From: Deltaproteobacteria bacterium
GTDB taxonomy: Bacteria > Myxococcota_A > UBA9160 > SMWR01
Reading direction: 5' to 3'
Assembly: GCA_031405455.1 (NCBI GenBank)
Contig: JANNIY010000067.1
Coordinates: 14,443 to 78,442, forward strand
DNA: 64,000 nucleotides
The position numbers and the translations under genes are program-made. A model generated the notes under the pieces. The model saw only the letters and a program-made list of their open reading frames with translations. It was not told where the DNA came from and searched no databases. Shown here in pieces: positions 27,753 to 37,886 of the stretch; the stretch's first letter is position 1; every line of letters starts with the position of its first letter.

Positions 27753-29588
27753 ATGTGTGGAATCGTTGCGTTCGTGGGACGCGGACACCGTGCGATGGAC
27801 GTCTTGATCGACGGACTCCGGCGCCTCGAGTATCGGGGCTACGACTCGGCCGGCGTCGCGATCCTCGACGGCGGCGAGATCCATGTCTGCCGCGCGCTCG
27901 GCAAGCTCGCGAACCTCGAGAGCGTGCTGCGCGACAAGCCGATCGCCGGGCAGATCGGGATCGGCCACACGCGTTGGGCCACGCACGGGAAGCCCTCGGA
28001 GCGCAACGCCCACCCGCATCGCGCCGGCGGCGTCGTCGTCGTCCACAACGGCATCATCGAGAACTACCGCAAGCTGCGTCAGGAGTTCGAGGCGATCGGC
28101 CGCACGATGTCTTCCGATACCGACACCGAGCTGATCGCGCACCTGATCGACGTCGAGGTGGCGACGGGCAAGGATCTGCTCTCGGCCTCGCGCGCGGCGT
28201 GCGGCCGTCTCGAGGGCTCCTATGCGTTCGCCGTGCTCGCGACGAATGCTCCCGACTACATCGTCGCCGCCAAGAGCGGCGGCAGCCCGATCATTCTCGG
28301 GCTCGGCGAGAAGCAGACGTTCCTCGCGAGCGACATTCCGGCAATTCTTCCCTATACGCGCCAGATGGTGTTCCTCGAGGACGGCGATTTCGCCGTGCTC
28401 TCGGAGGATGGCGTCCAGATCGTCGACGGCGCCGGGCGGCCGATCGAACGCGAGCCCAAGGCGATCCAGTGGGATCCGATCTCCGCGGAAAAGGGCGGCT
28501 ACGACCGCTTCATGCAGAAGGAGATCTTCGAACAGCCGCGGGCGATCATGGACACGATCGGCACACGCGTCGTCGAATCCGAGGCCGATATCGATCTCAA
28601 TGGCATCGATTTTTCGCGTCAGCGCGTCGATCGCATCCGCCGCATCAGCCTCGTGGCCTGCGGGACGGCCTACTACTCCTGCATGGTCGGGAAATACCTC
28701 TACGAGCAGCTCGCGCGGATTCCCGTCGACGTCGATCTCGCGAGCGAGTTCCGCTATCGGGATCCGATTCTCGACGAAAGCTGCCTCGTGGTGCCCGTCT
28801 CGCAGTCCGGTGAGACGGCCGACACGCTCGCCGCGCTGCGCCAGGGCAAGGCCGGCGGCGCACGCGTCGTCTCGATCTGCAACGTGCGCGAGGCGACGAT
28901 CGCGCGCGAGAGCGACGACGTCCTCTACACCCACGCCGGTCCGGAGATCGGCGTGGCGTCGACGAAGGCGTTCACGACCCAGATCGTCGCCCACTATCTG
29001 CTCGCGTTGAAGCTGGGGATCGCGCGCGGTGTGGTCACGAAGGAGGCCGCTCGGAATCACACCCAGCAGCTCTTGCGGCTGCCCCGCATGGTGGAGCGGA
29101 CACTTCAGCTCGACGCCGTCGTGCGAGGCATCGCGCAGCGTTATTACACGGCCAAGAACTTTCTCTTCCTGGGCCGCGGCGTCATGTATCCGATTGCGCT
29201 CGAGGGCGCGCTCAAGTTGAAGGAAATCTCCTACATCCACGCCGAGGGCTATGCCGCGGGAGAGATGAAGCACGGCCCGATCGCGCTGATCGACGCGAAC
29301 ATGCCGGTCGTCGTGATCGCGAACCGCAGCGCCGTCTACGACAAGGTGATCTCGAACCTCGAGCAGGTGCGTTCACGCGAGGGCTCCGTGATCGCCATCG
29401 CGAGCGAGGGCGACCAGGAGATTGCCGAAAAGGCGAACGAGGTGATCTACATCCCGGATCTGGGCGAGCACCTGACGAGCATCCTCGTCACCGTGCCGCT
29501 GCAATTGCTCGCCTACCACGTGGCCGTGCTGAAGGGCACCGACGTGGATCAGCCGCGCAATCTCGCGAAGAGCGTCACCGTCGAGTAG
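27753..29588 (+). CDS. glmS: Glutamine-fructose-6-phosphate aminotransferase
   Basis: MCGI, LEYRGYDSAG, HTRWATHG, SQSGET, PRNLAKSVTVE. Confidence 0.98.
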   Translation: MCGIVAFVGRGHRAMDVLIDGLRRLEYRGYDSAGVAILDGGEIHVCRALGKLANLESVLRDKPIAGQIGIGHTRWATHGKPSERNAHPHRAGGVVVVHNGIIENYRKLRQEFEAIGRTMSSDTDTELIAHLIDVEVATGKDLLSASRAACGRLEGSYAFAVLATNAPDYIVAAKSGGSPIILGLGEKQTFLASDIPAILPYTRQMVFLEDGDFAVLSEDGVQIVDGAGRPIEREPKAIQWDPISAEKGGYDRFMQKEIFEQPRAIMDTIGTRVVESEADIDLNGIDFSRQRVDRIRRISLVACGTAYYSCMVGKYLYEQLARIPVDVDLASEFRYRDPILDESCLVVPVSQSGETADTLAALRQGKAGGARVVSICNVREATIARESDDVLYTHAGPEIGVASTKAFTTQIVAHYLLALKLGIARGVVTKEAARNHTQQLLRLPRMVERTLQLDAVVRGIAQRYYTAKNFLFLGRGVMYPIALEGALKLKEISYIHAEGYAAGEMKHGPIALIDANMPVVVIANRSAVYDKVISNLEQVRSREGSVIAIASEGDQEIAEKANEVIYIPDLGEHLTSILVTVPLQLLAYHVAVLKGTDVDQPRNLAKSVTVE

Positions 29589-29643
29589 CTGCGCGCGGCG
29601 TGTTCGTTACCTTGCTCCCTCCCGGGGTGGGAGTGAGCCAGCC

Positions 29644-31836
29644 GTGACGAGCGTTTCCGAGATGGCCGAGTCGTTTCTTGCCGGGCTCGATCCCGAACAG
29701 CGCCGCGCGGTCGAGACGACCGAGGGGCCGTTGCTCGTGCTCGCGGGAGCGGGCAGCGGCAAGACGCGCGTGCTCACGCACCGCATCGGCTGGCTGATCG
29801 CCGCCTGCGGCATTCCGCCCGAGGCGATCCTGGCGGTCACCTTCACGAACAAGGCCGCGGCCGAGATGCGCGATCGCGTCGAGAAGCTCGTCGGCGGCGG
29901 CGCGGCGGGGATCTGGCTCTCGACCTTCCACTCCGTGTGTGTCCGCATCCTGCGCCGCGAAGCCTCCCATCTCGGTCTCTCGCGCGGGTTTGCGATCTAC
30001 GACGACGTGGACGCGCTCGGCCTCGTGAAGGATGCGCAGAAGCGACACGGGCTCGATCCCAAGGTCTCCGAGCCGCGCCGCATGCTCTGGCGCATCGACC
30101 AATGGAAGAACCAGGGCGTTCGGCCCGCTGCCGCTTCCGAGGCCGCGTTCGATTTCGAGGAACGCCGCGCCGCCGACGTCTACGCGACCTATCAGCGCCT
30201 GCTGAGCGACGCGAACGCACTCGACTTCGGCGATCTGCTGCTGCGCACCTGCGATCTGTTCAACGGCTTTCCGGAGGTGCTGCGGTACTACCGGCAGCGC
30301 TTCCAGTATGTGCTCGTCGACGAGTATCAGGACACGAACCGCGTGCAATACGAGCTGGTGAGCCAGCTCGCCGGGGAGCACGGCAACCTGTGCGTCGTCG
30401 GCGACCCCGATCAATCGATCTATGCCTGGCGCGGCGCGAACTTGCGCAACATCCTCGATTTCGAAAACGATCACCCGGGCGCCCAGGTCGTGACCCTCGA
30501 GCGCAACTATCGCTCGACGCAGCCGATTCTCACCGGCGCGACCGGGGTGGTCGCGCACAATCTCGCGCGCCGCGACAAGGCGATGTTCACGGATCGCAGC
30601 GAAGGCGAGCCGATCACGTTGATCGAGGCGCGCAACGATCGCGAGGAAGCCCAGATCGTCGTGCGCCAGATGCTCGTGGGCGCGCGTGAGGAAGGCCGCC
30701 CGTACGGGCACTTTGCGGTGTTCTATCGTACGAATGCGCAATCGCGCCTGTTCGAAGAGGCGCTGCTCGAATACGACATCCCGTACGCCGTGGTCGGGGG
30801 CGTGCGCTTCTACGATCGGGCCGAAGTGAAGGACGCGCTCGCCTACGTGCGGGTGGCGCTGAATCCCGCGGATCCGGTGGCGCTGCGCCGCATCGTGAAC
30901 AAGCCGGCGCGCGGCATCGGCGGTCGTGCCATCGAGCGCGCGGAGATGCTGTCCCGCGAACGCGGCTTCTCGCTGCTCGACGCGATGCGGGAGCTGGCTG
31001 CCGCGGCCGGCCCCGACAGCGACCGCGCCGCTCCGAAATTGCGCCGCTTCCTCGAGCTGCATGCGGAACTCGCGCGCGAGCTGCCCGGCCGCGCTCCCGG
31101 CGACGCGATTGCCCTGGTGCTCGAGCGCAGCGGCTATCTGCGCAAGCTCGAGCAGGAGGGCGGCTCGGAAGCGGAGGCGCGCACCGAGAACCTGCGCGAG
31201 CTCGTCGCGGCGGCCGAGGATTTCGGCCGCGCGAATCCGGGCGACGACGGTCGTTCCGCACTCGAGCTCTTCCTCGACCAGGTGTCGCTGGTTTCCGATC
31301 TCGACGCCTACGATCGCCGCGAAGACCGCGTTTCGTTGATGACGGTGCACACGGCGAAGGGTCTCGAGTTTCCGGTGGTCTTCGTGGTCGGGATGGAAGA
31401 GGGCATCTTTCCGCACTCGGCGTCGCTGCGGGATGCAGACGGTCTCGAGGAGGAGCGGCGGCTTTGCTACGTGGCGATGACGCGCGCGATGGAGCGGCTG
31501 GTGTTGACGAGCGCCGCCGAGCGCCTGCGCTACGGCTCGCGCAGCTGGGGCGTGCCGTCGCGTTTTTTGAGCGAGATTCCGTCCGAAGTGCTCGCCAGCG
31601 CCACGCCGGCGCGCAGCGAGCGCGCGGCCGCGGCCCCGACTCTCGATTATTCGTACGCGCAGGAGGAGGGCGCTGGCGTCGTGGCCGCGGGCCTGCGCGT
31701 GCGCCACCCGATCTTCGGGCCGGGCACGATCCTCGAAGTGGTGGGGGCGGGCGCCAACCAGAAACTGCGCATCCGCTTCGAGCGCGCCGGCGTCAAGACC
31801 GTCGTCACCCGCTACGCGAACCTCGAACTGGGTTGA
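29644..31836 (+). CDS. pcrA: UvrD/PcrA family DNA helicase
   Basis: AGAGSGKT, TFTNKAA, DEYQD, NYRS, KGLEF, EERRLCYVAMTRA, C-terminal Tudor-like domain. Confidence 0.95.
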   Translation: MTSVSEMAESFLAGLDPEQRRAVETTEGPLLVLAGAGSGKTRVLTHRIGWLIAACGIPPEAILAVTFTNKAAAEMRDRVEKLVGGGAAGIWLSTFHSVCVRILRREASHLGLSRGFAIYDDVDALGLVKDAQKRHGLDPKVSEPRRMLWRIDQWKNQGVRPAAASEAAFDFEERRAADVYATYQRLLSDANALDFGDLLLRTCDLFNGFPEVLRYYRQRFQYVLVDEYQDTNRVQYELVSQLAGEHGNLCVVGDPDQSIYAWRGANLRNILDFENDHPGAQVVTLERNYRSTQPILTGATGVVAHNLARRDKAMFTDRSEGEPITLIEARNDREEAQIVVRQMLVGAREEGRPYGHFAVFYRTNAQSRLFEEALLEYDIPYAVVGGVRFYDRAEVKDALAYVRVALNPADPVALRRIVNKPARGIGGRAIERAEMLSRERGFSLLDAMRELAAAAGPDSDRAAPKLRRFLELHAELARELPGRAPGDAIALVLERSGYLRKLEQEGGSEAEARTENLRELVAAAEDFGRANPGDDGRSALELFLDQVSLVSDLDAYDRREDRVSLMTVHTAKGLEFPVVFVVGMEEGIFPHSASLRDADGLEEERRLCYVAMTRAMERLVLTSAAERLRYGSRSWGVPSRFLSEIPSEVLASATPARSERAAAAPTLDYSYAQEEGAGVVAAGLRVRHPIFGPGTILEVVGAGANQKLRIRFERAGVKTVVTRYANLELG

Positions 31837-31837
31837 C

Positions 31838-32248
31838 TCAGTCCGGTGGCCCCTTGAGTTCGACGACGTTGCCGTCGGGATCGCGCACGTACATCGACGG
31901 GCCCATTCCGAGTGCGCCGTAGCGCGTCGCGACGTCGCCTGGCTCGACGGCAAACGCGCTGAGCTGCGCCGCAATGCGCGCCGCGTCGAAGTGCGCGAGC
32001 TGCAGGGCGATGTGGTCGACGTTGCGCGCCTGCGGGCCGGCCGCCGGCCCGCCGAGTTTTCCGAGCGGCGAATCGACGACCACGAGATCGATCAGGTTCG
32101 CCCCCGCGCGCAGCTGCACGAGACCGAGCGCGTCGCTGCGGCGCTCTTCGGAGCAGCCGAGCATCTCGACGTAGAAGCGCAGCGAGCGCGCCAGATCCGC
32201 GACGCGCAGCACGACATGATCGAGGCCGCGAATTTCGATCGCCTTCAA
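31838..32248 (-). CDS. VOC/glyoxalase family protein
   Basis: LDHVVLRV, DHIAL, YVRDPDGNVVEL. Confidence 0.9.
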   Translation of the reverse strand: MKAIEIRGLDHVVLRVADLARSLRFYVEMLGCSEERRSDALGLVQLRAGANLIDLVVVDSPLGKLGGPAAGPQARNVDHIALQLAHFDAARIAAQLSAFAVEPGDVATRYGALGMGPSMYVRDPDGNVVELKGPPD

Positions 32249-33945
32249 CGCAGGATCACCTCGAAGGGGCGGGCGGCGTCGCTGCCACGGTAGACGATCT
32301 CGTGAGGCCCAGCGATCCGAACCGAAACGAATGCGGCGTCGCCCTCATGATCGACGTAGCGCTGGATCGCGACCCGTTCCGGATCGATCGCGCGCACGCT
32401 GTCGAGGAACGCCGGTCCGACCGCGAACACCGCGAAATCCCGATCCCAGAGCAGGTATCGCACGTGCTCGTCCCCGGCGAAGCGGAGCGGAGCCTCTCCC
32501 TGGCTCATGCGCGCCAGCCTCCAGATCGGCTCTCGCAGCTCGAGCCGGCGGTCGAGAAAGCGCAGACGCGCAGCGAAGCCCCAGTCGAGGCTCACCGCCA
32601 CCACGCCGGGCTCCGCGGCGAGTTCGCGCGCCAGCTCCGAGATGGCATCCGACCAGCGCCCCTTTCCGTGTGTACGCTCGATCGTGTCGAAGGTGCGCAG
32701 GCTCGTCAGCAGGCTTCCGCCGATTGCGAGCACCGCTGCGCAAACCGCCACGGCGCGGCGCGCGCCCGAGCGCGGGGCGGCGGCGAGCTTCACGATCGCG
32801 GCGGCGACCAGCATTTGCGGAAATGGATACGCGCCGAGCACGTGGTGGATGCGGACGGCGCGGGGTGTCGCCAGGATGGCGAGTGAAGAAAGCACCGCGG
32901 CCGCGAGCACGAAGGCGACGGCAGGGTCGAATTCCGGCCTGCGCACGCGGGGCGCGAGCCAGCAGAGCAGCCAGACGATCGCGAGAGCGTAGAGGACGAG
33001 AAACGGGCCCGACGCCGCGCTGGAGACGTCGAACATGCGCTCGAAGCTGCCCCCGGCGAGCATCAGGCGGTCGAAGTACGAGCCGTCGAGCATGCTGCGA
33101 AGCGCGCCGAGCTTCTCGCGCCAGACTTCGCCCCCCGAAGCGGTGGCGAACAGGCCCTGCGTCACACGCAGCGCGGAGCCGATCTCGATCAGCATCGGCG
33201 CTGCGCCGAGCAGGAAGCCGGCCGCGGGCGGCAGCAGCCTGGGGAACTGCGAGCGCAGGGCCTGCGCGACGCTGCGCGGCGCGACCCCGACGAGCGCGAG
33301 CGCGGTCGCGGCGAGCGGCACCGCGAAATCGAGCTTGTTGTAGAGGCCGAGTCCGAGACAGAGTCCGGCGGCAAACGTGCGCGTGTGCGACTTCTGGCTC
33401 CATCCCGTTGCGAACAGGTAGAGCCCGGCGCAACGGCACAGGTGGGCGAGCGCGAAGGAGCCCCAATCGTGGCGGCCCACGCAGAGCAGGCTCGGATCGA
33501 CAGCCAACAGCGCGCCGGTGAGGAGCGCGGCAGCGCGCCCGAGCAGCTGATGCGCGAGCAGCATGGCAAACCCGATCGAAAGCAGGCTCCACGCCAGTGT
33601 CGTGAGCCGCAGGCTCACGTCCGAGGCGCCGAAGACCGCGAAAACGGGGATCAGGAGCTGGCTCTTGAGCGCGCCCATGTAGGGTTGCGTGAACACCGGT
33701 AGCCAGCGTCCGAAGAGCCGCGTGCTATCCGCGCCTGGGATCTCGAGAGGCCGGCCGTCCGCCGCCAGGAACTCGCTCGCGGGCACGGCCTGGATCACTT
33801 CGTCGTAATAGAGCCCGGGAGCCGAGAGATCGCGCGCCGCGAGCGCGAGGGAGAGCACGCACAGCGCCAGCCATGCTCCGACGAGGATTCGCACGTCGGA
33901 ACGCTGCGCGGCGCGCGCGTCGACGCGCAGAGGCTCAGGCGTCAC
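32245..33945 (-). CDS. GT-C membrane glycosyltransferase (GT39/ArnT/PMT-like)
   Basis: GLYYDE after first TM helix, PYMGALK, multiple TM segments, LYNK; start approximate. Confidence 0.75.
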   Translation of the reverse strand: MTPEPLRVDARAAQRSDVRILVGAWLALCVLSLALAARDLSAPGLYYDEVIQAVPASEFLAADGRPLEIPGADSTRLFGRWLPVFTQPYMGALKSQLLIPVFAVFGASDVSLRLTTLAWSLLSIGFAMLLAHQLLGRAAALLTGALLAVDPSLLCVGRHDWGSFALAHLCRCAGLYLFATGWSQKSHTRTFAAGLCLGLGLYNKLDFAVPLAATALALVGVAPRSVAQALRSQFPRLLPPAAGFLLGAAPMLIEIGSALRVTQGLFATASGGEVWREKLGALRSMLDGSYFDRLMLAGGSFERMFDVSSAASGPFLVLYALAIVWLLCWLAPRVRRPEFDPAVAFVLAAAVLSSLAILATPRAVRIHHVLGAYPFPQMLVAAAIVKLAAAPRSGARRAVAVCAAVLAIGGSLLTSLRTFDTIERTHGKGRWSDAISELARELAAEPGVVAVSLDWGFAARLRFLDRRLELREPIWRLARMSQGEAPLRFAGDEHVRYLLWDRDFAVFAVGPAFLDSVRAIDPERVAIQRYVDHEGDAAFVSVRIAGPHEIVYRGSDAARPFEVILR

Positions 33946-33973
33946 GCGGCCCGCCTGCTGCTTCCCTTGACCT

Positions 33974-35035
33974 TTGCGCACCCGCCGCGCACGTTCCCGC
34001 GCAACCCGGAGAGGTCCGCGCCTGAGCGACATCGCCTTGTATCAGCGTCACATCCATGCCCTCGGCGCGGCGTCGCAGGCGACGCAGCACGTGACGCCGT
34101 GTCTCGTCTGCGGCTCGCCGCAGGCCCGCGCCGCCTTCGCGATCGAGGGCTTCGAGCCGCGGCTGTTCGTTTGCGCCGACTGCGGGCTCGGGCGTCTGCA
34201 TCCGATGCCCGATCCCGACCAGATCGGATCCTTCTACCCGAGCGAATACTACGGCGAGCCTGGTCACAAGTTCCAGAGCGTCGTCGAACGTCTGGTGCGT
34301 TGGGTCGGTGAGCGCCACATCCGCTTCCTTTCGCGGGAGCTGCGTGCGGGGGCGCGCGTGCTCGACGTGGGCTGCGGAAGAGGCGTGATCCTCGGCGCGC
34401 TGGCGGATCACGGCTTCGAGGTGCACGGAGTCGAAATTTCGCTCGCAGCCGCGCAGGGCGCCGATCCGCGCGCCGAGATCCGGATCGCGGCGAGCCTCGG
34501 CGCTGCGGGGTATCCGACGGCGCATTTCGACGAGATCGTGATCTGGCACGTGCTCGAGCACCTGCACGATCCCAAGGCGACTCTGCTCGAAGCGCGTCGG
34601 ATCCTCAAGCCCGGCGGTCGCCTGGTGGTGGCGGTGCCGAATTTCTCGAGTCTTCAGGCGCGTGCGACCGGCGCCGCGTGGTTTCACCTCGATCTGCCCC
34701 GCCATCTGTGGCACTTCCCGCTCGCAGCGCTGCGCAAACTGATGTCCGATTGCGGTTTCGAAGTGCGCTCGGAGCACCACTTCTCCCTGCGCCAGAACCC
34801 GTTCGGCTGGGTTCAGAGCGTGCTCAATTGCGTGCCCGGTCTGCCGCGCAACGCTCTCTACAGCCTGCTGCAACGCCGCGCACCCGCCGAAGCCCCGCCC
34901 TTCGGCCGCGCGACCCGGGCCGGGTTGTGGCTCGCGTTTCTCGTCGGAACGCCACTCGGCCTGCTCGCGACACTGGCTGAAACCGTCCTGCGCAGCGGGG
35001 CGACGGTTCATCTCGTCGGCGTTCGTCATTCCTGA
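33974..35035 (+). CDS. Class I SAM-dependent methyltransferase with N-terminal zinc ribbon
   Basis: CLVC...CADC, VLDVGCGRG, WHVLEHL, LKPGG, DLPRHL. Confidence 0.9.
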   Translation: MRTRRARSRATRRGPRLSDIALYQRHIHALGAASQATQHVTPCLVCGSPQARAAFAIEGFEPRLFVCADCGLGRLHPMPDPDQIGSFYPSEYYGEPGHKFQSVVERLVRWVGERHIRFLSRELRAGARVLDVGCGRGVILGALADHGFEVHGVEISLAAAQGADPRAEIRIAASLGAAGYPTAHFDEIVIWHVLEHLHDPKATLLEARRILKPGGRLVVAVPNFSSLQARATGAAWFHLDLPRHLWHFPLAALRKLMSDCGFEVRSEHHFSLRQNPFGWVQSVLNCVPGLPRNALYSLLQRRAPAEAPPFGRATRAGLWLAFLVGTPLGLLATLAETVLRSGATVHLVGVRHS

Positions 35036-36681
35036 AAGCTGCGCCGCTCGCGGTAGAGCGCGAGCCGCTCGCGCAACGGCTGCGTGAGCGCCGGCGCTTC
35101 GCTCGCCTCCGATTCCCGCACCGCGCGCTGCGCCGTCTCGACGGCCGCGTCGAAGCGACCCGCTGCGGCGTAGGCCGCGGCGAGCGTATCGAGCACGGAC
35201 GGGTTCGGCGCTCTCGAAAGCGCCAACGCCCGCTCGGCCAGGCTCACCGCCGTCGCGGGGTCGCGCAGTGCGGGATCGCGGGCCGTCGCGAGCAGCCAGG
35301 CGAGATTGTTCGCCGCCTTCATGAAATCCGGTCGGATCCGCACCGCCTCGCGGTAGTGTCGGATGGTCTCGTCGAGACGGCCTCGCTCCGCGTAGGCCGC
35401 GCCCAGCTGCGTGTGGGCAATGGCGTTCTCCCCGGTCACCGCGAGCGTGTGCTCGAACAGGCTGACGCTGTCGTGCCAATGACGGAGCTGCAGGCGCGTC
35501 GTGATCGCCAGGGATGCGACGACGAACACGGCGAGCAGCGCGAACGCCGCGCGCCGGCGGGCGCCGAGCAGTTCTGCCGCGCCCCAGGCGAGCGCGATCG
35601 CGAGGCCAGCGAGGGGCAGGTACATGTAGCGATCCGCATGCGCCTGCGAGCCCACCTGGATGATTCCGATCGTCGGCACGAGCATGCCGAGGAACCACAG
35701 CCAACCCACGGCGAGATAGCCGCGCCGCGGCCAGTTGCGCAGCGCGAGCAGCGTGAGGCCGAGCAGCAGCGCCGCGGCGAGGCACGCCTTCCAGAGCGCC
35801 AGCCCCGCGCCGGGGTGCGGATAGAGCACGCCGAGCCCGCTCGGCCAACCGAATTGCCGCAGGTAGATGGCGTAGGCGACGAGCGCGTTCGCCATGCGGT
35901 CGCCGAGCGAGACCCGTTCGAACGACGCCACCGCGCCCGACGCCGACTGCGAATGCCAGGTCACGAACGAAATCGCCGCGACGAGAAGGAACAGGGGGAG
36001 CTTCTCGCTCAGCGCGCGGGCGAGGCGCTGCGCATCCGGGTTCCTGGAGCCACGGGCGAGTCTGCCGAGCGGCCACGCGTCGAGCAGGAGCAATACGCAC
36101 GGAAGCGTCACAAGCGTGGATTTGGCGAGCAGTCCGAGTGCGAGACTCGTGAACAACGCGAGCTTCGCCGCAAAGGGTTTGCGCGCGCGCGCAACCGCCG
36201 CGAAGGCGATCAGCGCCAGCATGCAGAAGACGCCGGAGAGCACGTCCTTGCGCGCCGAGATCCAGGCGACCGACTCGACGTGAAGCGGGTGGACGGCGAA
36301 GACGGCGGCGGCAAACAGGCTGCGCGACCGCTCGCCCGTGAGATCCGAAAGGGCCCAGAAAAACAGCGCGCTCGCGAGGGCGTGGAGCAGCAGGTTCGTG
36401 AGCAGGAAGCCGCCGGCGTCGAGCCCGTAGAGCTCGAGGTCGAGCAGCCACGAGAGGCGTGTCAATGGGAACCAGTTCGCCTGATGCTGTGTCGTGAGCG
36501 CCCAGCCGACGCCTTCCCAGCTGATCCCGCGCTGGAGCTCGGCGTTGTGGGTGATGCCGAGGTCGTCGTCGTAGTTCAGCCACTCGTGCCCGCGAATCGG
36601 GAGGTAGACGACGCTCGCGAGGACGAATACGAGCGCAGCCAGGGCGCCGCGCGAGCGTGCGGCGGCTAGTGCGCGCGCCAC
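35026..36681 (-). CDS. TMTC-like GT-C glycosyltransferase with C-terminal TPRs
   Basis: NYDD, NWFPLT, HPLHVESVAW...RKDVL, ADRYMYLP, TPR NNLAWLLA; start approximate. Confidence 0.82.
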   Translation of the reverse strand: MARALAAARSRGALAALVFVLASVVYLPIRGHEWLNYDDDLGITHNAELQRGISWEGVGWALTTQHQANWFPLTRLSWLLDLELYGLDAGGFLLTNLLLHALASALFFWALSDLTGERSRSLFAAAVFAVHPLHVESVAWISARKDVLSGVFCMLALIAFAAVARARKPFAAKLALFTSLALGLLAKSTLVTLPCVLLLLDAWPLGRLARGSRNPDAQRLARALSEKLPLFLLVAAISFVTWHSQSASGAVASFERVSLGDRMANALVAYAIYLRQFGWPSGLGVLYPHPGAGLALWKACLAAALLLGLTLLALRNWPRRGYLAVGWLWFLGMLVPTIGIIQVGSQAHADRYMYLPLAGLAIALAWGAAELLGARRRAAFALLAVFVVASLAITTRLQLRHWHDSVSLFEHTLAVTGENAIAHTQLGAAYAERGRLDETIRHYREAVRIRPDFMKAANNLAWLLATARDPALRDPATAVSLAERALALSRAPNPSVLDTLAAAYAAAGRFDAAVETAQRAVRESEASEAPALTQPLRERLALYRERRSFQE

Positions 36682-37886
36682 GGCGGCATCCAGTCGGGCA
36701 TGAAGCCCGGGGCGTCGAAGAGCGTGCGGCCCTCGCGATCGAAGACGACCACATGCGTCGCGGCCAGTGCGTCGCGTTCGGCGAGCTTGGGCTGTCCGAC
36801 GTGATCGGGAACCGCGATCGCAGCCACTCGCTCGCCGTCCGGCGACCAATGGGGGGCATAGTAATTGCGGGCGGGGTCCGAGCCGAGCGGACGCAGCGCG
36901 TCACCGGAGAGCGTCGCGAGGTACAGGGCGGAGCCGCCGTCGCGATCCGAGACGAAGACGATCTCGTCGCGCCGCGGAGACGGGCGCGCGGAATGGTCGT
37001 CGCTCTCCGCGCCGCCCACGAGCGTGCGGGGGGCGCCGCCACGCGCGGAAATCGCGAGGATGTCGGAGCGTCCGCCAGCGGCCGGGCGCCGCGAGAAGAA
37101 GATCTCGCTGCCATCGCGCGAATAGCTGGGCTTCATGTCGAACCAGGCCGGATCCCGGGTGAGCGGTTTCGCCGCGCCGTTCAGGTCGATCGTCCACAGA
37201 CCCGAGCCCCGCCCCTGCGAGCTGCGGCGCTGCGCTACGAGCGCGGCGCCATCGGGTGCAAAGCTGGGCCGCAGGAAGAAATCCCGTGGCCCCGTCGCGA
37301 CGAGCAGCTGGGGAGTCCGGCTCGCAACGTCGGCGAGCCCCAGGCCGGCGGGGGGATCGCCTCCCCGGAACGCGAAGGCGAGCTGCGGCCGCAGCGGTGA
37401 CCAGACCGGCCACTGCTCATCGCGCTGCGGCGAACGTGCGATCGCCGTCGTGGCTCCCTGCTCCGGATCCCAGAGCCAGAGATCGTGCGACACGCCATCG
37501 CTCGAGGCCTGGTACGCGAGGCGCTGCGCCGGTTCGGACCAGTAGGGCCACGTCTCTTCGATGTCCGGCGTCGCAGTCAGCGGCTGCGCCAGCGAATCGG
37601 AGAGGCGCACGCGCACGAGCTCGCTCGATGCGCCCACGATCCGCACCAGCACGAGCCCATCGGACGTCGTCTGGCCGAAGCGCGGAGACGGATCGCCACA
37701 GGCGGCGAGAGCGATCGCTACGAGGATTCCCGCGGCGCCTTGGTAGACTCGCCAGCGATGTCGCAGCGGGACGCCGGGCAGGCAGCGCAGGTGCGGCGAC
37801 GCGCGGTCGGCCCCGGCGCCGGCTCGCTGCTGATTTTCGCCGGGTTCGCCGGGATCGCGCTCTTCGTCTATCGGGCGGCGCTTCAC
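36666..37886 (-). CDS. TolB-like PD40 beta-propeller lipoprotein
   Basis: Lipobox LAAC; repeated PxWSP/PSFAP/PHWSPDG; true start likely nearer 37766. Confidence 0.8.
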   Translation of the reverse strand: MKRRPIDEERDPGEPGENQQRAGAGADRASPHLRCLPGVPLRHRWRVYQGAAGILVAIALAACGDPSPRFGQTTSDGLVLVRIVGASSELVRVRLSDSLAQPLTATPDIEETWPYWSEPAQRLAYQASSDGVSHDLWLWDPEQGATTAIARSPQRDEQWPVWSPLRPQLAFAFRGGDPPAGLGLADVASRTPQLLVATGPRDFFLRPSFAPDGAALVAQRRSSQGRGSGLWTIDLNGAAKPLTRDPAWFDMKPSYSRDGSEIFFSRRPAAGGRSDILAISARGGAPRTLVGGAESDDHSARPSPRRDEIVFVSDRDGGSALYLATLSGDALRPLGSDPARNYYAPHWSPDGERVAAIAVPDHVGQPKLAERDALAATHVVVFDREGRTLFDAPGFMPDWMPPWRAH

